Shown here piece by piece: positions 1-9,500 of a stretch of DNA of 64,000 nt. A program made the translations under genes and the position numbers. The stretch covers positions 2,660,936 through 2,724,935 of the forward strand of contig CBDCNM010000002.1 of assembly GCA_965219385.1 (NCBI GenBank), read 5' to 3'. Each line of letters opens with the position of its first letter. Position 1 is the first letter of the stretch. The stretch is from Candidatus Latescibacterota bacterium. GTDB taxonomy: Bacteria > Latescibacterota > UBA2968 > UBA8231. The notes beneath the pieces were generated by a model. The model was given only the letters and a program-made list of their open reading frames with translations. It was not told the DNA's origin and made no database searches.

Positions 1-2
1 GC

Positions 3-329
3 ATCTCGCTCGACAACCGCTATTCGGCTGTTGATCAGCCCATTGCCGCGCACATGCTGGAACCTCACCTGGTCCGTTTCAGCTCGCTCGACTGGGAACA
101 GGTCTACCAGGGCTGGTCCTCCACCGATCTGCAGTACTACTGGCGCGACCTGGACCTGCGGATCCTGCCCAAGGACGAAACCTGGGTCCAGACCGGGTTC
201 CGCGAGGCCCTGGAGCGGGCCCGGCGGGGCGACGAGGCGGCGCTTTTCGCCCTGCGACGAACCATCCAGCGCGATCCCTCCACCGACCAGGCCAGAGCCG
301 TCCGGGAAGTTTTGCGGGCCCTGGAGTGA
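3..329 (+). CDS. 3' end of a hypothetical protein (5'-partial, runs off the window edge)
   Basis: Frame is open from position 3 (ISLDNRYSAVDQPIAAHMLEP...) to TGA at 329; GC-rich codon usage. Confidence 0.6.
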   Translation: MSLDNRYSAVDQPIAAHMLEPHLVRFSSLDWEQVYQGWSSTDLQYYWRDLDLRILPKDETWVQTGFREALERARRGDEAALFALRRTIQRDPSTDQARAVREVLRALE

Positions 330-527
330 AATTAAGTGGTAGCGCCCGGGTCCAGGTCGTTGATGATAAAGAAAGCGATCTGGTCGGCGTTGGTCCTGCA
401 GCGCTCCAGGGTCCGGAGACAGTCGGCGGAGATGATGAATTGTAAACTTCGGCGATAATCCAAAATATCAATGTGCGCTGAGTATATTGCTGACCCTCGC
501 CTATTTCCTTGATTTGAAGGCTACCTA

Positions 528-550
528 AGTGTACATTCCGAATGTACACT
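528..550. promoter_or_regulatory. Perfect palindrome upstream of the Phd/VapC pair; probable TA autoregulatory operator
   Basis: AGTGTACATT-CCG-AATGTACACT, 22 nt before the antitoxin ATG. Confidence 0.6.
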
Positions 551-572
551 CTAAGCAAGCAAAGGAGACGCG

Positions 573-824
573 ATGAAAGCTTCGTTTCTCGATCTCAGGC
601 GAAGGATGCAGGAAGTTCTACACGCCTTGGAGCGCAACGAATCCGTGACCATTCTCTACCGCGGGAAAGAGCGGGCCGTCTTAGTGCCCGTGACCAGAGA
701 CGAGCGAAAGGCTGGAAGGATCTCGGAACACCCGGCCTTCGGTATGTGGGCCGAACGGGAGGACATGCGCGACGTGGAAGGATACGTGCGCGAGTTGAGG
801 CAGGGGCGTGGACATGCTATTTGA
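573..824 (+). CDS. Type II antitoxin, Phd/YefM family
   Basis: MKASFLDLRRRMQEVL...ESVTILYRGKERAVLVP Phd-like pattern; AAGGAG RBS; overlaps the PIN gene. Confidence 0.8.
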   Translation: MKASFLDLRRRMQEVLHALERNESVTILYRGKERAVLVPVTRDERKAGRISEHPAFGMWAEREDMRDVEGYVRELRQGRGHAI

Positions 825-1193
825 TACGGACGTACTCATCTGGGTTTTTCGAGGCAGCGAAAAAGCAGCCAAGCTCGTCGACGAAACCACAGGCCGCCAC
901 CTGTCGATCGTCACGTACATGGAATTGCTCCAAGGTGCTCGGGACCGGCAGGAGCTTCGGACGATTCGGGCGTTCCTGGCCGACTTCGGGTTTCGGATGC
1001 TGCCTTTGACCGAAAACATCGCGGCCATCGCGCTGCCATCTACCTGGAGGAGTACGTCCTGAAGACCGCCCTGAGCATGGGGGACGCGCTGATCGCCGCG
1101 GCGGCTGTCGAAAACCGACTGCCGCTCTGCACGGCCAACCGGAAGCACTACAAGGTGATCGGAGATCTGGATACCAGAGTAATCCGGCCATAA
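814..1193 (+). pseudogene. vapC: VapC/PIN toxin with a frameshift (about 2 extra nt at 1021-1022)
   Basis: MLFDTDVLIW...PLTENI, then in another frame GHRAAIYLEEY...DALIAAAAVENRLPLCTANRKHY...IRP*. Confidence 0.8.
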
Positions 1194-1318
1194 CAAGGCC
1201 ACTCTCACGGGGCATACGGGGGATGTCTGGTCCGTCGAATTCCGGGCCGAGGCTTAGAAGCTGTTTTATCACCCGAAAACCATCTCACGAAATACCCGTA
1301 CCTACCTGGAGTGAAATC

Positions 1319-2110
1319 ATGAGCCATCCTCTCTTCGATCTGAGCGGCCGCGTGGCCCTGGTCTCCGGGGCGGCCCGCGGCCTGGGCCGGGCCATGGCCC
1401 TGGGTTTTGCCGAAGCCGGCGCCGATCTGCTGCTGGCGGACAGAGACACCGCGGGCATGGCGGACACGGCGGCCCACATCAAGGCCCTGGGTCGGCGGAT
1501 CCGGGCCGCCCCCTGCGACGTCTCCGATCCCGAGCAGATCGACGCCCTGTTCGCGCACCTCGACCGGGAGTACGGCCGCATCGACATCCTCGGCAACGTG
1601 GCTGGCGACGGCCTGCTGTGCCGGCCCGAGGACCTCAGGCCCGAGCAGGTGGCGCAGGTGCTGCAGAATCTGGTGGTCGGCCGCTTCCACTGCTCCCGGG
1701 AAGCAGGCAAGCGGATGCTAACGGCCGGCAAGGGCAGCATCATCAACATCGGCTCCCTGGCCAGCACCACGGCCCTGGGCCGCGGCCACATCGCCTACAG
1801 CATGGCCATGGGCGCGGTGGTCCAGATGACCCGCGAACTGAGCACCGAGTGGAGCGCCCAGGGGGTGCGGGTCAACGCCATCCTGCCGGCCCAGGTGCTC
1901 AACCGCGGCCTCGAAGAGCGCCTGCAGGCCGACCCCGGGCTCGAGCAGACCTACCTGCGCGGCATTGCCATGGGTCGCCTGGGCGTGCCCGACGACATCA
2001 AGGGCCTGGCCATCTTTCTGGCCGCGGACGCCGCGGCCTGGATCACCGGCGCCCTGATCCCCCTGGACGGGGGCAACCTGGCCATGAACGCCGGGGCCAC
2101 CCACCGGTAG
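1319..2110 (+). CDS. SDR family NAD(P)-dependent oxidoreductase
   Basis: DLSGRVALVSGAARGLG; GSIINIGS; YxxxM in place of YxxxK; VRVNAILP. Confidence 0.9.
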   Translation: MSHPLFDLSGRVALVSGAARGLGRAMALGFAEAGADLLLADRDTAGMADTAAHIKALGRRIRAAPCDVSDPEQIDALFAHLDREYGRIDILGNVAGDGLLCRPEDLRPEQVAQVLQNLVVGRFHCSREAGKRMLTAGKGSIINIGSLASTTALGRGHIAYSMAMGAVVQMTRELSTEWSAQGVRVNAILPAQVLNRGLEERLQADPGLEQTYLRGIAMGRLGVPDDIKGLAIFLAADAAAWITGALIPLDGGNLAMNAGATHR

Positions 2111-2203
2111 GTAGAGCTCGAGCCCGCGCAGCCGGCCTTTTCACCAGATTCGGAACGGGTTAAATTCTTTGCAGACGAGAAAATCGACTCGGGAGAGAAC
2201 ACC

Positions 2204-2995
2204 ATGACCGATCTGCACCCACCCACCCTGAACGTTGCGGAATGGGAAAAATTCCACGAACAGGGCTACCTGCGCCTGGGCAAGGTGGCTCCGGACGAGC
2301 ACATCGAGGCCCTGTGCCAGCGCATCGACGATATCATGCTGGGCAAGATCCACTACGGCAACATGCTGATGCAGCTGTGCCCCTCGGCCGGCAAACCCGA
2401 GCTGTCCAGGCAGACCAGAGAATTCAAGGGCTCGAGCCTGAAGTACCGCAAGATCCAGGACCTCGAACAGGATCCGCTCTTCCTGAGCTATATCCAGCGC
2501 CCCCTGTTCCGCCACATCACCCGCCGGCTCATCGGCGAGCGGATCTCGGTCTTCCGCTCGATGTTCTTCAACAAGCCGGCCGAGCAGGGCGTGCTCATCA
2601 ACTGGCACCAGGACGGGGCCGGCAGCTGGGGCCTGAACATCCGTCCGCAAGTGACCATCTGGACCGCCCTGGACGCCACCTGCGTGGCCAACGGCTGCCT
2701 GCAGATCATTCCGGGTTCGCACAAGAGCCTGATTCCCAGAGAGGGCGACCAGTTGTCCGCCGAGGAGAGGGCACTCCACGCCCCGGACGAAAAGCGACTC
2801 TACCTGGAGCTGGAGAGCGGCGAGGTGACCCTGCTGCACAACTGGACCCTGCACCGCTCCGAGACCAATTCCACCAACCGGCCGCGGCGCGCCTTCAGCG
2901 TGTGCTACTGCGATGTGGCCACCCGTCACCTGGCCAGCGGCGGGACCTACCCCCAGGTCTTTCCCGAGTGCGCGCCCGCAGACCAGCACCCCTAG
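2204..2995 (+). CDS. Phytanoyl-CoA dioxygenase (PhyH) family Fe/2OG dioxygenase
   Basis: WHQD, NGCLQIIPGSH, HRSETNST..RR motifs. Confidence 0.9.
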   Translation: MTDLHPPTLNVAEWEKFHEQGYLRLGKVAPDEHIEALCQRIDDIMLGKIHYGNMLMQLCPSAGKPELSRQTREFKGSSLKYRKIQDLEQDPLFLSYIQRPLFRHITRRLIGERISVFRSMFFNKPAEQGVLINWHQDGAGSWGLNIRPQVTIWTALDATCVANGCLQIIPGSHKSLIPREGDQLSAEERALHAPDEKRLYLELESGEVTLLHNWTLHRSETNSTNRPRRAFSVCYCDVATRHLASGGTYPQVFPECAPADQHP

Positions 2996-3011
2996 AACGG
3001 AGGTTCCGTCA

Positions 3012-3746
3012 ATGAAACTCGCCGAACTCAACTGGCCCGATATGGAAGAGGTGTCGCGAGACACGGTCGTGATTTTCCCCCTGGGCGCCTTCGAGCAACA
3101 CGGCCCTCATTTGCCCTTCATCACCGACGCCGCCGAGGTCACGGCTATCGTCGAACGCCTCGACCAGGCGATCCCGGACGAGATCCTGTGCCTGCCCACC
3201 CAGTGGCTCGGCTACTCCCCGCACCACATGCGCTTCAAGGGTACCATAACGGCAAAATCAGAGACCCACATCAACATGATCATCGATACCGTAACCAGCG
3301 TGGTGAGCGCCGGTTTCAACCGCATCGTGCTCCTCAACGGACACGGCGGCAACATAGCCAACATGAACGTCGCTCTGCAAAGGCTCCTGGAGGAATGCCC
3401 GGACGCGCATGTGTACGGGACCTCCTGGTTCACCTACGATGAAGTGGGAGAAATAAGGGAGGCGGGCCCGCACGGATGGGGCCACGCCGGCGAGCTGGAG
3501 ACGGCCGTGATGATGGCGGTCCATCCCGACCTGGTCAAAACCGACCGATTCCAGCAAGACGGCCACCCGCTGTCGTCCAAACTGGCCGGGCAGGTGAGGC
3601 GCTACAGGTGGATTCACGAGGCTACCGACAGAGGAAACTACGGCGATCCCAATTTCGGCTCCGCGGAAAAGGGCGAGCGTTTCATCAAAGCCGCGGTCGA
3701 TGTCCTGATACGCATTGTCGCGGATATCGAGAAAGGGCTATTGTAG
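3012..3746 (+). CDS. Creatininase family protein
   Basis: PLGAFEQHGPHLP, NGHGGN, HAGELET motifs. Confidence 0.9.
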   Translation: MKLAELNWPDMEEVSRDTVVIFPLGAFEQHGPHLPFITDAAEVTAIVERLDQAIPDEILCLPTQWLGYSPHHMRFKGTITAKSETHINMIIDTVTSVVSAGFNRIVLLNGHGGNIANMNVALQRLLEECPDAHVYGTSWFTYDEVGEIREAGPHGWGHAGELETAVMMAVHPDLVKTDRFQQDGHPLSSKLAGQVRRYRWIHEATDRGNYGDPNFGSAEKGERFIKAAVDVLIRIVADIEKGLL

Positions 3747-3874
3747 GTCGGCGCCGACCAAAGCGCCTGCCGGGTACAACTAACCCATAGGGGGAGAAGC
3801 TTCCCTCTCCAGGACGGATGAGAACTCAAGGCAACGCGGTGAGCGCCAGCCAATTTCCCTGCGGAGTCCGACCC

Positions 3875-4903
3875 ATGACCGATCCCAAGCCCATCAAATG
3901 GGGCATCCTCAGCACCGCCAAAATCGGCGTCACCGCCTTCATCCCCTCGGCCCGAGCCACGCCCGGCGCCCAGGTTTACGCCGTGGCCAGCCGCAGCCAG
4001 GACACCGCCGATGCCTTTGCCCGGGAACGCGATATTCCCGTGGCTCTGGGCAGTTACCAGGCCCTGCTCGACCACCCTGAAATCGACGCCGTCTATATCT
4101 CGCTGCCCAACTCGCTCCACGCCGAATGGACCATCAAGGCGGCCCAGGCGGGCAAACACGTCTTTTGCGAAAAACCCCTGGCCGTCACCGCGGCCGAGGG
4201 CCGGCAAATGGTCGAGGCTTGCCGCAAGGCCGGCGTGCTGCTCTTTGAGGCCTTTGTCTTTATGCACCATCCCCAAAGCCGGCGCCTCAAGGAAATTATC
4301 GAGGCGGGCGAAATAGGCGTCCTGCGCCATATTGACGCCGGCATGACCTTCATCGTCAGCGACTCCAGCAATATCCGCATGATCAAAGCGTTGGGCGGCG
4401 GCAGCATTTACGACGGCGGGGTGTACCCCATCACCTTTTCCCGCTTTATCGCCGGCACCGACCCGGTTAGCGTACAGGCACATATGCGCTTTGACGCGCA
4501 AGCCGGAGTGGACGTGGCGACCTCGCTCATCCTCGAGTACCCCGATGACCTCACCGCGACCTTGTACTGCGGCTTCGAGGCCCGCGGCGGCCCCCACGCC
4601 CGCATCACTGGAGACCAGGGCCGACTGGTTGTGCCCGCCCCGTACCATCCCGGCGCGGAGAGCAGCTTTGACGTGGTCATCGGCCCCAATGAAAGCCCCC
4701 AGAGCCGCACCGAGACCTTCCGGACAGGCACGCCGCCTTTCCAGCCCGCCATCGACTTTTTCCAGCAATGTCTGCGCCGAGAAGAGACCCCCGCCTATAT
4801 GGCCGACCACGCCGACGGCACGCTCAAAGTGGTCGAAGCCGCTTTTGCATCGGCCCGCAGCGGGCGGCGGGTGGACCTCGCCAACGTGCTGTCGAGCACT
4901 TAA
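3875..4903 (+). CDS. Gfo/Idh/MocA family oxidoreductase
   Basis: WGILSTAKIG, AVYISLPNSLH, GKHVFCEKP. Confidence 0.9.
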   Translation: MTDPKPIKWGILSTAKIGVTAFIPSARATPGAQVYAVASRSQDTADAFARERDIPVALGSYQALLDHPEIDAVYISLPNSLHAEWTIKAAQAGKHVFCEKPLAVTAAEGRQMVEACRKAGVLLFEAFVFMHHPQSRRLKEIIEAGEIGVLRHIDAGMTFIVSDSSNIRMIKALGGGSIYDGGVYPITFSRFIAGTDPVSVQAHMRFDAQAGVDVATSLILEYPDDLTATLYCGFEARGGPHARITGDQGRLVVPAPYHPGAESSFDVVIGPNESPQSRTETFRTGTPPFQPAIDFFQQCLRREETPAYMADHADGTLKVVEAAFASARSGRRVDLANVLSST

Positions 4904-4913
4904 AATATGTCGA

Positions 4914-5312
4914 TTACTTTAACTGCTCGAATAGCATGAAGTCGGATGCTTTTTTGTCAAAAGTGAGAACACCATCACAATTTGAAAATTTCGCTGAATG
5001 TGCAATTAACAAATCCGCAAGATCTATTTTGTTTATCTGAGCGGCTGAGAGAGTACTTTGCAGTGCGGATTGGGCCTCAAATGTCAAAATAGGCATAAGG
5101 AGAAGCTCCTGAAGAGACGCTCGGATTTCTTCTCGTGGAATTTCATACACAGATTCCAATACCCAGATGGTTTCGAGCACAACGAGCAAAGGGACAAAAA
5201 AGGGTTCGTTTGTACTCTCTGCTCGCTTAAAAAGCCTGTACACAATTTCTGCTTGGTTTTTATCATCCCGCACAAGAAAGCGAACAATCACATTTGTGTC
5301 TAATGCTTTCAC
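4914..5312 (-). CDS. vapC: VapC/PIN domain toxin
   Basis: ALDTNVIVRFL...ETIWVL...ADLLI...LTFD. Confidence 0.85.
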   Translation of the reverse strand: MKALDTNVIVRFLVRDDKNQAEIVYRLFKRAESTNEPFFVPLLVVLETIWVLESVYEIPREEIRASLQELLLMPILTFEAQSALQSTLSAAQINKIDLADLLIAHSAKFSNCDGVLTFDKKASDFMLFEQLK

Positions 5313-5563
5313 TTAAAACTTGCCTTCACCTTTCGCCTGATCCCGGACTTCATTTGGTGAACCGAAACAGGCTTTCTCCCAGATTTATACAACTTCCCGA
5401 AAATCTCATCTACCTTTACCTTCCTGGTCATGGGCTTTAGGAGTGCTTCACCATTTTCCGTGAGCATAAAATCGACTTTATCGCCTTCACAGAGCTGAAG
5501 AGCATCTCGAACGGTTTTGGGAATTGTGATTTGCCCCTTGCTTGTCAGCGTTGCTGTTGCCAT
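5309..5563 (-). CDS. AbrB/MazE/SpoVT family antitoxin
   Basis: ATLTSKGQITIPKTVR; 4-nt overlap with the PIN gene; CTTACTT-AA-AAGTAAG palindrome upstream (5593-5608). Confidence 0.85.
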   Translation of the reverse strand: MATATLTSKGQITIPKTVRDALQLCEGDKVDFMLTENGEALLKPMTRKVKVDEIFGKLYKSGRKPVSVHQMKSGIRRKVKASFK

Positions 5564-5717
5564 GCCGTGCTCCTCTTATTGAATGTTTATTTCTTACTTA
5601 AAAGTAAGGAAAATGGCACTTGAGCGCAAAGGATACTTGGAAAGTCGGCCTTGAGCAAGCCAAACGCCGTTTCCGTCGCGAGGGCGGCAAATGACGAAGG
5701 CCAGCCGTAGAGCCAGC

Positions 5718-5746
5718 TTGACATTGGGCCGGAAAAATACTATACT
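5718..5746 (+). promoter_or_regulatory. Near-consensus sigma70 promoter for the DUF5131 gene
   Basis: TTGACA-17 nt-TATACT. Confidence 0.7.
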
Positions 5747-5785
5747 TATGTGCAGTGATAATTTTTGGTTACGCAGGGGTCTCTC

Positions 5786-6598
5786 ATGTCTCGCAAAAGT
5801 ACTATCGAGTGGACAAACAGCACTTGGAATCCAGTTACCGGCTGCACCAAGGTCAGCGCCGGTTGCGACCATTGCTATGCCGAGCGCCTTTCCGAGCGTT
5901 TTCGCGGCGTCTAGGGGCACCCTTTTGAGACCGGCTTTGATCTAACCCTGCGCCCCGAGCGCCTCGAGCAACCCACGCACTGGCGGCGTCCACAGCTCAT
6001 CTTCGTCAATTCGATGAGCGATCTCTTCCACAAGAACATTCCCACCGAGTACATCCAGCGCGTATTCGACACCATGGAGTACGCCGATTGGCACATCTAC
6101 CAAGTGCTTACCAAGCGCAGCTCGCTGATGCGCCGTTTCGTCCAGGGGCGCTACCGGGGCCAAGCCGCTCCCCCGCATATCTGGCTCGGCGTCTCCATCG
6201 AAAACGACGCGGCCTTGACGCGCCTGCGGCACCTGCAACAGACCAACGCCTCCGTGCGCTTCGTTTCCTTCGAGCCGTTGCTCGGTCCGCCAGGCGCGGT
6301 GAACCTGGAGGATATTCATTGGGTAATCGCCGGAGGCGAAAGCGGGCCGGGAGCCCGTCCGATTCAAGCAGAGTGGGTACGGGCATTGCGCGACCAGTGT
6401 GAGACCCAGCGCGTCGCCTTCTTCTTTAAGCAATGGGGCGGGCGCACACCCAAAGCAGGCGGCAATACGCTCGATGGCCGACAATGGCTGGAATATCCAG
6501 AAGTGGAGCCCGGTCAGCAGCTTGGGGCACCTTTACAAGCTGCTGACTTAAAATATTCATTCTACCCAACTCCGAAACTCCTGCAAAATATCAGGTGA
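5786..6598 (+). pseudogene. DUF5131 / phage Gp37-Gp68 family (radical-SAM-like) gene interrupted by an in-frame TAG at 5912-5914
   Basis: [35 protein letters not shown]...GV*GHPFE...IFVNSMSDLFH...WVIAGGESG...FFFKQWGG, all in one frame. Confidence 0.85.
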
Positions 6599-9500
6599 TA
6601 ATTTGACTGAGACGGCTTGAGAGGCTGCGAGTAAAATCTGGGCGATTTTTTTCTTGCCAGTCTCACTGCTATTACAGGCCTGCTCTATCTCGGGCACTGT
6701 AGTCCTAGGCATTTTCAACATGGCTTGAAATTTTATTTTTTCAAGCCATTGTCTAGAAAAAAGCTCTGCTAAGTCTATCACGATATGTTCTTCCCATCCT
6801 CCCCATAATCTGTCTTTATCAATGATAACAGTCGTAACTAATGTGTGTGCATAAAAGAGATTTCTCGGATCCGTATCGATATTATGAACAATTTTTAATG
6901 CTGCTACAAGTCGTTCTTCTCGTTTGGACTCTTGCGCTCTCATCACTGTTGAGACCTCCCTCTTATCTCTCAATAGCATCGATTCAATCAGGTCAAGGGC
7001 GGCAGTCATGTTTTCTTTTATAGGTAACTCTAAAGAATTAGTACGCCACGTAACCAAAGTTTTATTTATATTTATATCTTCCGATAGTTGAATGAGAAGA
7101 GCTGCTACAAGTATATCAATTATGTCATATATAGAGGCAAAATTAGATAAGTCATCAATCGATATAAAATAAACTCCTTTTTCTCCAATTCCCTTTTCAT
7201 CTTGGCCATGTTTTTGGAATGAAGCATACGCATCCGCCAATTGATATATAAGGTGTGGAAGATCATCAAAGGTCTTGTTTCTAAGGTCATATTGAATTTT
7301 AAGAGATAAAAGGAAGAAATTTAGTGGGGGATATGCTTCTCTATCTGTGGTGTTCCATGCATGTTGAAAAGCAGTTGTCTCAAGCTTAAATTTGTACTCA
7401 ATTCTTGCTAGACAAAACCAACTATATCCTATTGGATAATCAGGAATGTTTAGTGTTTTTTCTTTTGTCTCTGGATCGCTACAGCAACCTGGAGGAGGTT
7501 CTACATCTTCTTCAATAGAAATCTTATTTTCTATCTGTTGTGACAGCCAAGCTATTGTGTGTCCTAAGCGCTTTTTTAGGGTAAAATATATGACATCTGT
7601 GTTATCTTGAGGGAGCTTTTCTAATTCTTGCAGTGCCAATTTTAACAGTTTTATGCTACTTAACATATTGCCTGCTTTGAACTGTGCAAATCCTACATCT
7701 GCATAAAAACCAATATATCTTTTAGTATCGCCAATATCTAGACTTTTTTTTGCCCCTTCTTCAAAAAAGGTGGCAGCTTTCTCCCAATCGTCTAAATATG
7801 CAGCACAAATACCGGCTCGACGATAGCCCTCTAAAAGCCCAAAGTCTAATTCTAACTCTGACGATGGGTTCCACTCTGGAAGGATACGTTCGTAAATTTT
7901 AAGTGCATCTCTATAATACTTGTGGTTTGAATATATAACTGCCTGTGCTTCCTCTATTACTGTTGATGATCCCACTTTTAATATAATATCCTGAAGAACT
8001 TCATGGGCGGTATCAGGATCTTGCAAGTATTCGTCATGGATGATAGCTTTACCTCTTGCTGCTGCTGATGCAAGATGAGGATAACCCCACGCAATAGTCT
8101 TTTCAATTACTTTGTCATATAACTGGAGGCATCTTTTCCAATCTGAATTTTCAAGATCTGCTTCCGCTATCCAGACACTGTCAATCAAAAGCTGAGGGTA
8201 AATGCTGTCATTCTCGAAATCAGCCAATAATATAGCCCTAATCTTTGGCTGAATCTCATCGAGTACATCAACAAGGTCGTTGAGATTTGGAGCATAAAAA
8301 GGGCGACGTGCAAAGGTAAATTTGAATAGGATACTGAAAAAGTTGAATTTATCAGTCATTTGTTCCTCTAATTGTCCTTTGAGGACACTATATGCTTCTT
8401 GGATCTCTTTGATTTCTTTATACCTGTCTTCAATATCAATCATTTCTTTGAGATAATCTATCTTCTTTTTGACTGGAAGTGACACTTGATAATACAATAA
8501 TGCCTGCGTTGCCAGATTTATACGAGACAGCAGATATGAATTATATGGCTCGTATGGATTGGTCTCTTTGTCCCAAATTTCAAGTATCTTCGGTGCAAAA
8601 TCTGGTTCCACCTCAACTGCAATACGATATTGTAACGACCGAAACAAATGATTTACAGGAACATCCCCAGGAAACAGTTCTTCGGGAGGATTGGGAGGAT
8701 TGATTTTTACGTTTACGTGTGTCAACCACGAGAATTCTTGGCTGAATTTTTTCCAATTGTCCTTTGGAGTTGCAAGAAATGCCTGAACGATAGCAACAAG
8801 ACCTTCTTTATTATGTCCAAACATACTATGTAATAACACGGCCCCCGCTTCTGTTGTGGTCAGATTCTTTGTCTTGAGGATCGCGTTTGCAATCTGGGCG
8901 TGAAGATCATTTATTTTGCTCTCCGACCAAACTTGATTGGCCGCGTTATTCAACAAAGGTGAAATTGTGTAGTATGTTTCACTTGCTGGATCTATCCAAG
9001 GGCCAACCAGTTGGCTGAAAGTATCACCTGGATGAGGTATAGATGCTGGTATATCGCCAATGTTGAGTGCATACTCTCTTGTGAATGGAGTAAACATCAG
9101 ACTGAGTCTATAGAGGAATTCTCTTTGGTTTTCTGGCAAATCTGCTAGCAATTGTCGTGCTTCTTCACGCTCCTCTATGATTTCTGAGGGGGTTATCAAT
9201 ATACTTTCTTCTTCTTCCTTCCAGTCTTTTGCCTGTAAATGAGCGAGTCGAGCGTGTACAAGTCTTGGATGCCCGCTTGTATGCAATTGAATCAATTTTG
9301 CCCAAGCCTTTGTGTGATTAGCAGGGCACCCCAATTGTTGTGCAAATTGTTCAATTTCTGATATTGTAAAGTTAGGAACAAGAAGAACCACAGATTTCGA
9401 CTCTGATACACCGAGACGCCGGATGATGTTATTCGGTGGTTTATGTTGGCTTGTGATCAACAATTTTGCACCATGTTCCAGAATCCTATAAATCACAGCA

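Noticed and set aside
332..445. Minus-strand GC-rich scrap QFIISADCLRTLERCRTNADQIAFFIINDLDPGATT*
   Set aside because: It looks like a gene 3' remnant but is too short to assign to a family.
5912..5914. Genome-wide TAG reassignment
   Set aside because: Many intact genes here end at TAG at their expected C-termini (for example hsdR at 16801, the SDR, PhyH and hisA).
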